Shown piece by piece: positions 1-8,965 of a stretch of DNA of 64,000 bases (positions are counted from its first letter, which is position 1; every line of letters starts with the position of its first letter). The notes beneath the pieces were generated by a model. It had not been told where the DNA came from. It did no database searches and saw nothing but the letters and a program-made list of their open reading frames with translations. This DNA comes from an uncultured Veillonellaceae bacterium. Lineage in GTDB: Bacteria > Bacillota > Negativicutes > JARBTT01. The stretch is from positions 704,001 to 768,000 of the forward strand of contig CAWDTA010000002.1 in the NCBI GenBank assembly GCA_963805085.1, in the 5' to 3' direction. The position numbers were made by a program, and so were the translations under genes.

Positions 1-130
1 AGCATATTACAAAATTTATTTTGATCAGGCATCTATAAATTCAACTAAAAACTATTCCGCACTAGAAAATTTTGCGAAAAAATGTTATTATTTTATCAAA
101 CTCTTAACTAAATGTAAAAGGATGTACACT

Positions 131-1072
131 ATGCGCGAATTTTTTACCAAAGAAGAAACGGTTGCTTTCGGCAAAGCACTCAGCTCCGATTTACGAGTAG
201 AAATGCTGCAATATATTTATAAAAATCGAGGAACAAGCCTCAATGATCTAGCCGAAGCACTCCATGTAAGCCGTGCTGGCATTACACAACATATGAAAAT
301 ATTAACTGAGACTGATTTAGTTGAAGTTCGGCAAGTAAACGGACAACGCGATGCTCGTAAAGCCTGTTTCCTCAAAGAAAATCGCTTTGTTATTAGCCTT
401 GGGCGTCACTTTGATTCCGGAAATATGTATACTGCCGAAATCCCGATTGGACAGTATACCAACTATCAGGTAACGCCAACCTGTGGCATTGCAACAACTA
501 CTGAATTAATAGGCAATGTTGATTCCCCTCGTTACTTCGATGATCCACTTCGTTTCAATGCAAGTATTCTTTGGTTCAGTTCTGGCTATATCGAATACCG
601 CCTACCAAATTACTTGCAAGAAAAGCATTTGCCCATCGAAATCCAAATTTCTTTTGAAATCTCTTCAGAAGCTCCTGGTATCGCAGAAAATTGGCCAAGT
701 GACATTTCTTTCTTTTTTAACGATATTTTGCTAGGTTCATGGACTAGCCCAGGCGATTTCGGTGCTGTACGTGGACTATATACACCTGAATGGTGGACGC
801 CTAATTGGAACCAGTATGGGCTACTTAAACTTCTCTCAATAAACGCGCAAGGCACTTTTATTGACGGGTTGATGATTTCTCCTGTTACAATTGATGCACT
901 AAATTTGAATGAGAAAAGCAACTTTAAATTTAGGATTTCAGCCCCTGCCGATGCCAAAAATGCGGGGGGATTTACTCTCTTTGGGCATAACTTTGGCAAT
1001 TACAACCAAGATATTAAACTACATGTCATTTATGATACAGATAAGAATGATTTCACCAAAAGTAAGCTATAA
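131..1072 (+). CDS. ArsR-family HTH transcriptional regulator with C-terminal beta-sandwich (sugar-associated type)
   Basis: N-terminal ArsR HTH (KALSSDLRVEML...ITQHMKIL); PTCG and WTSPGDFG motifs; RBS AAGGA favours ATG at 131. Confidence 0.8.
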   Translation: MREFFTKEETVAFGKALSSDLRVEMLQYIYKNRGTSLNDLAEALHVSRAGITQHMKILTETDLVEVRQVNGQRDARKACFLKENRFVISLGRHFDSGNMYTAEIPIGQYTNYQVTPTCGIATTTELIGNVDSPRYFDDPLRFNASILWFSSGYIEYRLPNYLQEKHLPIEIQISFEISSEAPGIAENWPSDISFFFNDILLGSWTSPGDFGAVRGLYTPEWWTPNWNQYGLLKLLSINAQGTFIDGLMISPVTIDALNLNEKSNFKFRISAPADAKNAGGFTLFGHNFGNYNQDIKLHVIYDTDKNDFTKSKL

Positions 1073-1079
1073 TAGAGAA

Positions 1080-1129
1080 AAAAATAGAACTACTTTCTAG
1101 GATTACACCTAAAAAGTAGTTCTATTTTT
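1080..1129. terminator. Bidirectional intrinsic terminator
   Basis: AAAAATAGAACTACTTT...AAAGTAGTTCTATTTTT inverted repeat between convergent genes. Confidence 0.8.
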
Positions 1130-1227
1130 GCTCTATCCACCTTGAATAAGACATTCTTCCTTCGGTAATAAAGGTCTGCAGAATGAAAACAGCAAGCATT
1201 TTCATTGCCTGCTGTTTTCTTCTGCCT

Positions 1228-2550
1228 TTATTTAGCTTCTGCTGTCGCCCGTACTATACTTTGTTCTAAAATCGTAAGCCCACGATCCAATTGTTCATCG
1301 GTAACAACGAGTGGGATTAATAAACGTATCACATTGCCAAATACCCCCGCACTGATTAAAATCACACCTTGTTCTAGGCATAAACGAATAACTCTTGCAG
1401 TTAATTCTTTTGCTGGTGCTTTGGATTTTTTATCCTTAACCATTTCAATCCCGACCATAGCGCCGAGACCTCTAACATCACCGATGGTTTCACAGCTTTC
1501 TTGTAGCGTTTTGAACCGACTCATTATTCTTTCGCCAATCACTTGTGCACGATGGCAAAGATCATTTTCTTCAATAAATTTCATTGTTTCGATCCCAGCC
1601 ACACAAGCCAATGGATTCCCACCGTAAGTTCCACCGATACTACCTGCACCTGGTGCATCCATATATTCTGCTTTCCCTGTTACTGCACTCAATGGTACCC
1701 CAGCCGCAATTGATTTTGCCGTTGTCATAAGGTCAGGTTCAACGCCCCAATTTTCAATCGCAAACATCTTACCACTTCTAGCAAAACCCGATTGTACTTC
1801 ATCAGCGATAAATAAGATATCATTCTTTTCACAAATTGTTTTCAAGCCTGGTAAAAATTCTTTTGGTGGAACAATAAATCCACCTTCTCCTTGGATTGGT
1901 TCAATAATCATTGCCGCAATATGATCGGCATCCATTTCAGTTGTAAAGAAACGTTCAATTCTTTCTAGGCAGGCCATACCACAACCTGGATACATCGATT
2001 TATAAGGGCAACGATAGCAATACGCGGATGGAACTTTATATACATCAGGAGCAAATGGACCAAAACCATATTTATATGGTTTTACTTTGCTCGTTAAACT
2101 CATTGTCATCAAGGATCTACCATGGAAGGCACATTCAAACGACATGATGCCTGTCTTCTTCGTTGCGTGACGCGCAATTTTCACTGCATTTTCTACAGCT
2201 TCTGCCCCACTATTGACGAACATTGTCTTTTTCTTTGATTCCCCTGGCATGATTTCATTCATTTTTTCTGCTAGTTCTACATATGGTTCGTACATGGCAA
2301 CGGAGAAAAAGGAATGTAATAATTTATCTGCTTGCTTTTGAATAGCTTTCACAACAGGTTTAGGACAATGACCGACATTCAAAACGCCTACCCCAGCATA
2401 AAAATCTAAATACTCTTTACCTTCTACATCGGTGATAACTGCTCCGCTGGCTTTTTCAACAAAAATCTCAGTGGAATGCGCAATCCCACTTGCTACAGCT
2501 GCCTGTTTCCGTTTTAATAATTTTTCTGTCCGAGTTTCTGTTCCACTCAT
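1228..2550 (-). CDS. gabT: 4-aminobutyrate--2-oxoglutarate transaminase (class III PLP aminotransferase)
   Basis: NSGAEAVENAVK, FHGR, EPIQGEGGF, DEVQSGFAR, PLP lysine in AKSIAAG, GGTYGGNP. Confidence 0.9.
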   Translation of the reverse strand: MSGTETRTEKLLKRKQAAVASGIAHSTEIFVEKASGAVITDVEGKEYLDFYAGVGVLNVGHCPKPVVKAIQKQADKLLHSFFSVAMYEPYVELAEKMNEIMPGESKKKTMFVNSGAEAVENAVKIARHATKKTGIMSFECAFHGRSLMTMSLTSKVKPYKYGFGPFAPDVYKVPSAYCYRCPYKSMYPGCGMACLERIERFFTTEMDADHIAAMIIEPIQGEGGFIVPPKEFLPGLKTICEKNDILFIADEVQSGFARSGKMFAIENWGVEPDLMTTAKSIAAGVPLSAVTGKAEYMDAPGAGSIGGTYGGNPLACVAGIETMKFIEENDLCHRAQVIGERIMSRFKTLQESCETIGDVRGLGAMVGIEMVKDKKSKAPAKELTARVIRLCLEQGVILISAGVFGNVIRLLIPLVVTDEQLDRGLTILEQSIVRATAEAK

Positions 2551-2585
2551 TTGTGAACGCCTCCTAAAATATATCTGATTCTCTA

Positions 2586-2674
2586 ATAAAAATAAAACCG
2601 CCGAAGTATCCTTTTGGGGATATTACTTCGGCGTCATTGCCAATTAGCTTCATAAAATTTTTAGCAACTTTGTG
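2586..2674 (-). promoter_or_regulatory. gabT leader: ANTAR-like hairpin GGC-AATGAC-GCC overlapping an intrinsic terminator
   Basis: Minus-strand hexaloop with A1/G4 at 2641-2630; its 3' arm overlaps the stem CGCCGAAGTA...TACTTCGGCG, followed by a U-tract. Confidence 0.6.
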
Positions 2675-2802
2675 TTTATTTGATTATGACCTCATAATAT
2701 CAGATATACTAGGCTGGGTCTATGTGCATATTGCCGTTATGTTTCATTGTTTTTAGGAACTATTCACAGTCGAAGATTCAGATCCCCGTTTATCTCCTAG
2801 CC

Positions 2803-3495
2803 TTATCCAAGCGATCTTGCTAGAAAAAATGCTACTGCTGAAGCTATACTCCCAATAACGGTAGTTTGAATAGCACTTTTCCAGGGTTTGTTTCCCATAA
2901 ATCTCCCCTTTAGATAGCCAAAGATAAATAAAGCGGAGACTGTGCAGTAGACAGACCAGGTTAGTCCATCCGTAATATTTGCAAACACCATATAAGGAAA
3001 CAGCGGCACAAAGCCACCAACAGCGTAAGCCGCAGAGATTGTCAGAGCGCTATATAATGCACGGCGCGGCTCAGGCCTTTCTAAGCCCAGCTCAAATTTC
3101 ATCATAAAATCAACCATAGCAGTAGGATTTTGCTCCAGTGACTTAATTAAAGGGAAGCTTGCTTCCTTTGAAACACCATAAGCAGCAAAGATATCCGCGA
3201 TTTCCTGTTTTTCATCTTCTAGCCGAAACTCTGTTTCCTGCCGTTCTCTCTGTAATTCACTGTCATAATGTTCGTTTTCACCGCGAGCCGCAAGATAACC
3301 GCCAAGCCCCATGGAAATAGAGCCAGCTACAATTTCCGCAAGTCCTGCAGTAACAACAAGCCCAGTGGATGAAGCGGCACCTGATATCCCGGCTGCAAGC
3401 GCAAAAGGCACAGTCAGCCCATCTGACATGCCGAGTACTATATCCTTAATAAAATCAGACGAAGTAAAATGATGTTCTCCATGCACTTCTGCCAA
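2803..3495 (-). CDS. VIT1/CCC1 family iron/manganese transporter
   Basis: DIVLGMSDGLTVPFALAAG, GSISMGLGGYLA, MMKFELGL motifs. Confidence 0.9.
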   Translation of the reverse strand: MAEVHGEHHFTSSDFIKDIVLGMSDGLTVPFALAAGISGAASSTGLVVTAGLAEIVAGSISMGLGGYLAARGENEHYDSELQRERQETEFRLEDEKQEIADIFAAYGVSKEASFPLIKSLEQNPTAMVDFMMKFELGLERPEPRRALYSALTISAAYAVGGFVPLFPYMVFANITDGLTWSVYCTVSALFIFGYLKGRFMGNKPWKSAIQTTVIGSIASAVAFFLARSLG

Positions 3496-3585
3496 GATAA
3501 TTCTCCCCTATCTAAAATATTCATTAGAAATTTTTATTTCGTAAAAATATAGAAAACTCCTGCAAAATTATCCATAAAAACAAAC

Positions 3586-3668
3586 AAAACAATAAAGAGG
3601 AATCCTAATTACTTCTACCAATTAGGATTCCTCTTTATTGTTTTTATTGAAAAATTTTATTTTTTTAC
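3586..3668. repeat. Hairpin-plus-tail repeat, copy A (others at 5723-5838 and 9615-9701)
   Basis: AAAGAGGAATCCTAATT...AATTAGGATTCCTCTTT; the 42-nt segment 3622-3663 matches 9654-9695 at 37/42 ungapped. Confidence 0.75.
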
Positions 3669-3903
3669 ATACTGCTGCTTTATATGATGAGTATATTATA
3701 AAAAAATATTATGATGATTGCCCTATTTAGTTACTGAAATAATGTAGCTATTTAAGACTTTATTTTTGTGGTAAAAAACAAGTCTGACGTTCCCTTTTTA
3801 ACAGCATGATCGTAATAAAAGAGACTATCAAGGTGGCGAAAAATTAAAAAAATACAATAAAAAACATGATCCTTGTGATAAAAAATCATGTTTTAGCCTA
3901 CTT

Positions 3904-3935
3904 TTGCTTGCAATCCCCAAGAAATGTAATATAAT
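3904..3935 (+). promoter_or_regulatory. Putative sigma-A promoter for a long structured leader
   Basis: TTGCAA (3908) N16 TATAAT (3930-3935). Confidence 0.55.
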
Positions 3936-3951
3936 AAAAAATAAGGTGGAA

Positions 3952-4049
3952 ATAAAAAAAGTCGCCGTGTCCCGAGAGTGTTGACGCACTCTCAGGCACG
4001 AGCAGGTGGTACGAGCACCTACACGTAACAGCTAGCTGTCTACGACGAC
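3952..4049 (-). ncRNA. Putative ~95-nt cloverleaf antisense RNA
   Basis: Own promoter TTGTAA-N17-TATAAT (4083-4055); closing stem, three hairpins and a U-tract; three A.C mismatches on + become G.U pairs on -. Confidence 0.65.
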
Positions 4050-4054
4050 AATTT

Positions 4055-4083
4055 ATTATACCGTGCTTTTCCCTTGATTACAA
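4055..4083 (-). promoter_or_regulatory. Sigma-A promoter of the antisense RNA
   Basis: Minus strand TTGTAA-17 nt-TATAAT; predicted +1 falls at the first base of the closing stem. Confidence 0.7.
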
Positions 4084-4165
4084 GGGAGATAGTCCGTTCG
4101 CTTGGTATAATACGATTGAAGTTTTGGCAGAGGCTTAGCGTCTGCATGCAATCAAGATGAAGTAT

Positions 4166-4206
4166 AGCGCATGTGTAGGTTGGAAAACCCACGCATGCGC
4201 TTTTTT
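4166..4206 (+). terminator. Leader terminator (attenuator candidate)
   Basis: AGCGCATGTGTAGGTT-GGAA-AACCCACGCATGCGCT followed by T-run. Confidence 0.75.
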
Positions 4207-4298
4207 AATTTCCCCTGAAACAAACTGTATGTTGGTTTTTTCTATCTGCATCAGCGGATAGAAGAAACCACGTGCAGAATGATGAAGGGGGAAATAAA

Positions 4299-4454
4299 TT
4301 GGTAACAGTACAAGGTAGTAAAAAGCTATGGGCAAGGTATCGCACCAGCGTGTGGCGAGGAAGCCTCCTCGCCACAACCAAGGGGAGAGGTTCGTTCTAT
4401 TTACAAGGGACAAGATATGTTTTTTGGGAAAACAGAGGTTCTATAAATGTATAG
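4299..4454 (+). CDS. Small basic hypothetical protein (51 aa)
   Basis: RBS GAAGGGGG then TTG at 4299; overlaps start of the next ORF. Confidence 0.5.
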   Translation: MVTVQGSKKLWARYRTSVWRGSLLATTKGRGSFYLQGTRYVFWENRGSINV

Positions 4455-4770
4455 AATCTTTAGAACACCAAAAGCCACGATTATTGCTCAGGAAGTAGAG
4501 AACACTGATTTTACAGTTAAATTGCTTACAGATTTAGATTGCAAAGAATATGTGATGATCAAATGGCAAGATACAGTTAATATATATAATTTTTCGCTAG
4601 TTGGTCAGGTCATTGAAATAGCTGACGAAATTTCATTAGAAGAGTTTAGAGAAATTACCTATGCGAAAATATATAAGGAATCATTAGAGCAGGAAATCAA
4701 ACCTAACAGTATGGATTCTCTAAAGTTCGGTTGGAAAAATTTTCTAGAAACAGACACAACTGGCAGCTAA
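4447..4770 (+). CDS. Hypothetical protein (107 aa, acidic)
   Basis: RBS GAGGT, ATG coupled to upstream ORF, strong terminator follows. Confidence 0.65.
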   Translation: MYRIFRTPKATIIAQEVENTDFTVKLLTDLDCKEYVMIKWQDTVNIYNFSLVGQVIEIADEISLEEFREITYAKIYKESLEQEIKPNSMDSLKFGWKNFLETDTTGS

Positions 4771-4792
4771 TACCTGCCAGTTGTGTTTTTTT
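4754..4792 (+). terminator. Intrinsic terminator
   Basis: ACACAACTGGCAG...CTGCCAGTTGTGT plus T-run. Confidence 0.8.
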
Positions 4793-4826
4793 ATGGACAA
4801 ATGAGAGACTTCATAAAATTTTGTGC

Positions 4827-5681
4827 AAAACAAGGGACAGGGGTTATGTTTCAAGCTTTCCAAATCCATGTTGACGACAGTCTCGTTATTCGCGCTATCT
4901 GGCGTATATTGGCACCATCAACTTCTTTCAGGGCTCTCAATATGTGATCTTGTTTTTCCCTCATTTCATTACAAATTTTTATCGCATCAATGCCGAATTG
5001 ATGTCTGACCATTTGTCGAAGATGGACATCACTCACATTTACTTTAACTTCCGGAATTTCCATACAGACATCGCTGTTCGTTTCCCGTAAAAACTGTACA
5101 AATCGTCCAATCGCTTCATCAGGTTTGTCAGAAAACATGTTTAAGGCATATTCCTTGTCAACGATTTGTGCGCCCTCTATATATTCACTATAACTACTCC
5201 ATTTATAAGCCTCTATATCGCTTGCGATTTTTGCCTTTATCGGGTTCTGGTGAATATAGCGCAGAACTTTCAAAAAATAGCTGTCTGTTTCTATAGCTTC
5301 GCTTTTAAATCTCTCTTAAAATAAATGACCGCATCGTTCATGCTTACGATTATACCATATAACGTAGCTTGAACTAACTCGTTGTATCATCATACTAATA
5401 GACTCTTGGGTTTCTTGTACCAAGATGTGTATATGGTTATCCATTAAACAATAGGCAAAAATTCGACATTGGCTGATTTCTTTGTATTTTGTGAGGTCTT
5501 CGATTAATTTCAGTCGATCTTCATCATCTTCAAAAAATGCTTTGCCGATTGATCCCGCGTAATATAATATGATATATTCCACTGTTACTTTTTTCTCTTG
5601 CTTTTCTTGCCAATTTCCTCACCTCTGAGAAAGTTATATCATTTCGCTTATGCCGAAACAATGTCCCTGTCCCCATGTTTT
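4827..5681 (-). mobile_element. IR-flanked HUH tyrosine transposase element (RAYT/TIRYT-like), copy 1
   Basis: Imperfect inverted repeats with GGGACAGG core at 4827-4852 and 5655-5681 flank the transposase. Confidence 0.7.
4851..5613 (-). pseudogene. REP-associated tyrosine transposase (Y1_Tnp) pseudogene
   Basis: TTG start MARKAREKSNSGIYHIILRGIN, frameshift, YCLMDNHIHIL (HUH), in-frame stop in GHLF*ERFKS, YIHQNP catalytic Tyr motif, C-terminal HTH. Confidence 0.85.
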
Positions 5682-5722
5682 ACGCTTAAAAAGCTAAGTT
5701 ATCAATAAAACCGACAACTCAG

Positions 5723-5838
5723 CAAAAGACGAATCGCAAGGAAGGTTTAAAACTTCCTGAGATTAAACAATGAGCATTTCTTTATACTAGTTAGGATTCG
5801 TCTAAATTACTTTTGGTGAAAAGTTTTATTTTATAACT
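5723..5838. repeat. Hairpin-plus-tail repeat, copy B (expanded loop)
   Basis: CAAAAGACGAAT arm; 5791-5832 matches 9654-9695 at 34/42 ungapped. Confidence 0.65.
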
Positions 5839-6158
5839 CAGCTAGTTTGGTTTAATCAAACTGATGCTAGACAAAAAGACCCGGTACATTGTCTTTAGAT
5901 AAGTGTTTTCTGCAATCTATAAGTGAATATATTTCTCTTTATCTAAATCTCTTTTATAATGTAGTTTATTTTTAGACTCATGTCGCTCAATGCTTTATTA
6001 ATCCTATATTAAGGCAATTTTTACATGTTATACATTTTTTTATATTAATTATATTTTTTATGAAAATTGACACAATATTCCACAAAGGATATAATTTAGT
6101 TGTAGTATATGAGCACATAATATTTCATAACTAAAATATTAAAAAGGTGGTTTTGTAT

Positions 6159-7478
6159 ATGGCATTACAAGAGTGTAAAAAATATAGGATATTAATTGCT
6201 CCAGAAGTAGAAGATTTAGCAGAAACACATCGAATGACAAGTTTTGCTAAGGCTTTTAAAAAGTTAGGGCATGAAGTCATAGTATTAGGAAGAGGAAGGT
6301 ATGATTATCTTTTTGCTGATGAAGGCTTTCAAAGAGTGTACATTGATTATGATGAAGAATGGATGGATGATGAAAAATTTAGAAAGATGCACACTCTTGA
6401 TAAATATGGATGGGATTTTCTTACAGAAAGTGAATTAAAGAAGTTTGTACAGCTAGAGGTGGAGCTCTTAACGGAGTTGAAGCCGGCAGTGGTTATCACT
6501 GGTTTTAGACCTACCATGAGCATATCAACTAAATTAGTAGGACTTCCTCTGGTTTGGGTTCTATCCGCCGTTTGTTCAGACATGTATTATGAGAATGGGT
6601 TAGCAACGCCATTAATGCTAACAAATGAAAAGACTTCTGAGTTAAAAAATTTTCCTCAAAAACATGAAAGGTTTATTACAAATAAAGTTGACTATTTGCC
6701 ATATAAGTTTTCTTCATGGAATAAGGTGATGAAAGAAATGAAGTTAGATAACTTTAGCAGTGCTGTTAACATTGTTAGAGGAGACTTTAACTTGATGTCA
6801 GATGCACCTGAGCTTTTTCCAGAATTTCAAAATATACCACCTTATTATGGTTTTTGTGGACCAATTTTGATGGAACATAATATAGACATGCCTGACTCAA
6901 TAAAAAAATACAAAAAAGTATCTGGACGACCTATAATATTTTTTGCAATGGGCTCATCAGGTGATCCTGAAATATTTAAGTCTATTATTGCTGGATTTAA
7001 AGATCAACCTTATGATGTATTTGCTGCATTAACAAATATTATTAGTAAAGAGGAGATACCATATATTCCTCCAAATGTGGTAGTTGAGAAATTTTATCCT
7101 GCGTTTGAAGTGACCGTGATGGCTGATGTGGCTGTAATACATGGAGGCCAAGGTACAGTCTATACAACCACAATGGCCGGTACACCTTTTGTTGGAATTC
7201 CTATGTTTACTGAACAGCAGTATAATCTTGAAAATCTTGCTAGGAAAGGCTGTGGCATTGTATTATCAAGATATAATCTTAGTTCAGAGATTTTAAATAA
7301 ATCAATTAATCAAATACTTAATAACAAAGAATTTAAAAATAATAGTTCAAAAGTTCAAAATGAAATCATCAAGTATAAAATAGATGAAAATTTCTATTCA
7401 CCGATGATAGGAGCTAAGCAAGTTATCAAATTTTTAAATAATAAAGTAGATTCTTATTTTAAAGTAAATGCACTATAA
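6159..7478 (+). CDS. GT-B glycosyltransferase, family GT1/MGT-like
   Basis: AMGSSG, IHGGQGT, PMFTEQQYN motifs of the UDP-sugar binding domain. Confidence 0.85.
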   Translation: MALQECKKYRILIAPEVEDLAETHRMTSFAKAFKKLGHEVIVLGRGRYDYLFADEGFQRVYIDYDEEWMDDEKFRKMHTLDKYGWDFLTESELKKFVQLEVELLTELKPAVVITGFRPTMSISTKLVGLPLVWVLSAVCSDMYYENGLATPLMLTNEKTSELKNFPQKHERFITNKVDYLPYKFSSWNKVMKEMKLDNFSSAVNIVRGDFNLMSDAPELFPEFQNIPPYYGFCGPILMEHNIDMPDSIKKYKKVSGRPIIFFAMGSSGDPEIFKSIIAGFKDQPYDVFAALTNIISKEEIPYIPPNVVVEKFYPAFEVTVMADVAVIHGGQGTVYTTTMAGTPFVGIPMFTEQQYNLENLARKGCGIVLSRYNLSSEILNKSINQILNNKEFKNNSSKVQNEIIKYKIDENFYSPMIGAKQVIKFLNNKVDSYFKVNAL

Positions 7479-8062
7479 TTTTTCTGTTTTTCACAAATTA
7501 ATTTATGAATATATATAGTGTCATATACTATCTGTTTTCATTAATTTGTAAACTGAGACTAAGCCACCCTTCATTATATTTACAGATTGTTACTGCAATA
7601 CTTTAAAATATATATTCTGTGTTTGTCAAATGAGTTGGCGTAAAAATTTTAAAAAATCATTTTGGTCACTCTTTTTTATTTTCCAACGGAAGGCATGATA
7701 CATAACAATTGCTTCCATAGTATGAACAACCTGCGATGAAGACGTTGCACCAGCGATAATATTAGCAATATGCTGATTTAATGGTCGAGAAAAGTAGAGA
7801 GGTAAATGCAATATTCAATTAAAATTGTGAATTGTTGAATCATCTATTAAAATAAATGTACGAGGCATAGACTCACTTCTTTGTTTAGATTTGTGTGGTA
7901 ACTTATTCTATATCATAGTTGTGAGTCTTTTGTCTCTATTTATTTTTACTGGAATTAAATGAAATAAAATTTAATTGTTTATAATTGTAAAAAACAAAGC
8001 AACTAAAATGGTATAATTAAACTAAAATTAATTAATTTGAAAAATCGCGGAGGAATTTTAAA

Positions 8063-8926
8063 ATGATTAAATTAATTGCATCTGATATGGATGGAACGTT
8101 ACTAGGAACAAATCAAAAAATATCAAAGGAAAATATAGAAGCTATAAAAGCAGCACAAGAAAAAGGAATTGACTTTGCTATTGTAACTGGCAGAGCATAC
8201 GCAGATGTTAAACCTTTCTTAGATGAGTATGGTTTGAAATGTCAATGTGTTGTACTAAATGGCGGGGAATACAGGGATATTGCAGGAAAAATAGTTGTAG
8301 GGAGTTATATTAATAAAAGAATAGCAACTGAAATTTTAAATATAATAGCAAAGTATGATATAATTGTTGAAATATATACGGATGATGGATATTATACAAT
8401 AAATACAAAGGAAGAAACAGTAAAAGGGATGATAAAAAGAGCAAAAATTTTTTGCCCAGATCTTACAGATTTTGATGAAATTTATCAAGAAGCTATTAAT
8501 CATCCTCAGTTTGTTAAGATGCAGTACATAACAAATTTGAATGAGTTCTTAAAAAGTGATTTGAATATAGGCAAATTTGTTTTTTTTGCAGAGTCGATTG
8601 ATGAAATCAATGCAATCAAGCAAGCCTTAAATGTATTGCACGGACTCGCTATATCTTCAAGTCTTCCTACGAATATTGAAGTGAATGATGTTAGTGTTAC
8701 CAAAGGACGTATATTAGTTAAAGTTGCTGAAAAAATGGGGATAAGCAAAGAAGAAGTAGCCGTTTTAGGTGATAGTTCTAATGATTATTCTATGTTCGTA
8801 GAGTTTCCAAATTCATTTGCTATGGAAAATGCAATACCCGAAATAAAAAAGGTTGCAAAATACATAACTACTAGCAATGCCGAACATGGTGTAGCAAAGG
8901 CAATCTATCGTATATTGGATCTTTAA
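8063..8926 (+). CDS. Cof-type HAD-IIB hydrolase
   Basis: DMDGTLL, VTGR, TKG, GDSSND motifs. Confidence 0.92.
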   Translation: MIKLIASDMDGTLLGTNQKISKENIEAIKAAQEKGIDFAIVTGRAYADVKPFLDEYGLKCQCVVLNGGEYRDIAGKIVVGSYINKRIATEILNIIAKYDIIVEIYTDDGYYTINTKEETVKGMIKRAKIFCPDLTDFDEIYQEAINHPQFVKMQYITNLNEFLKSDLNIGKFVFFAESIDEINAIKQALNVLHGLAISSSLPTNIEVNDVSVTKGRILVKVAEKMGISKEEVAVLGDSSNDYSMFVEFPNSFAMENAIPEIKKVAKYITTSNAEHGVAKAIYRILDL

Positions 8927-8965
8927 TAGATAGGATAGAACGTATGCCAATTAGAGTTTGCGCAA

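Noticed and set aside
3961-4049. Cloverleaf as a tRNA gene
   Set aside because: No TTC T-loop, D-loop GG or canonical arm lengths; treated as an sRNA instead
4135-4413. 92-aa minus-strand ORF
   Set aside because: Antisense to better-supported leader and ORF; no RBS or recognisable motif
7626-7811. 61-aa minus-strand ORF between GT and Cof genes
   Set aside because: No RBS or recognisable family; may be a remnant but unsupported
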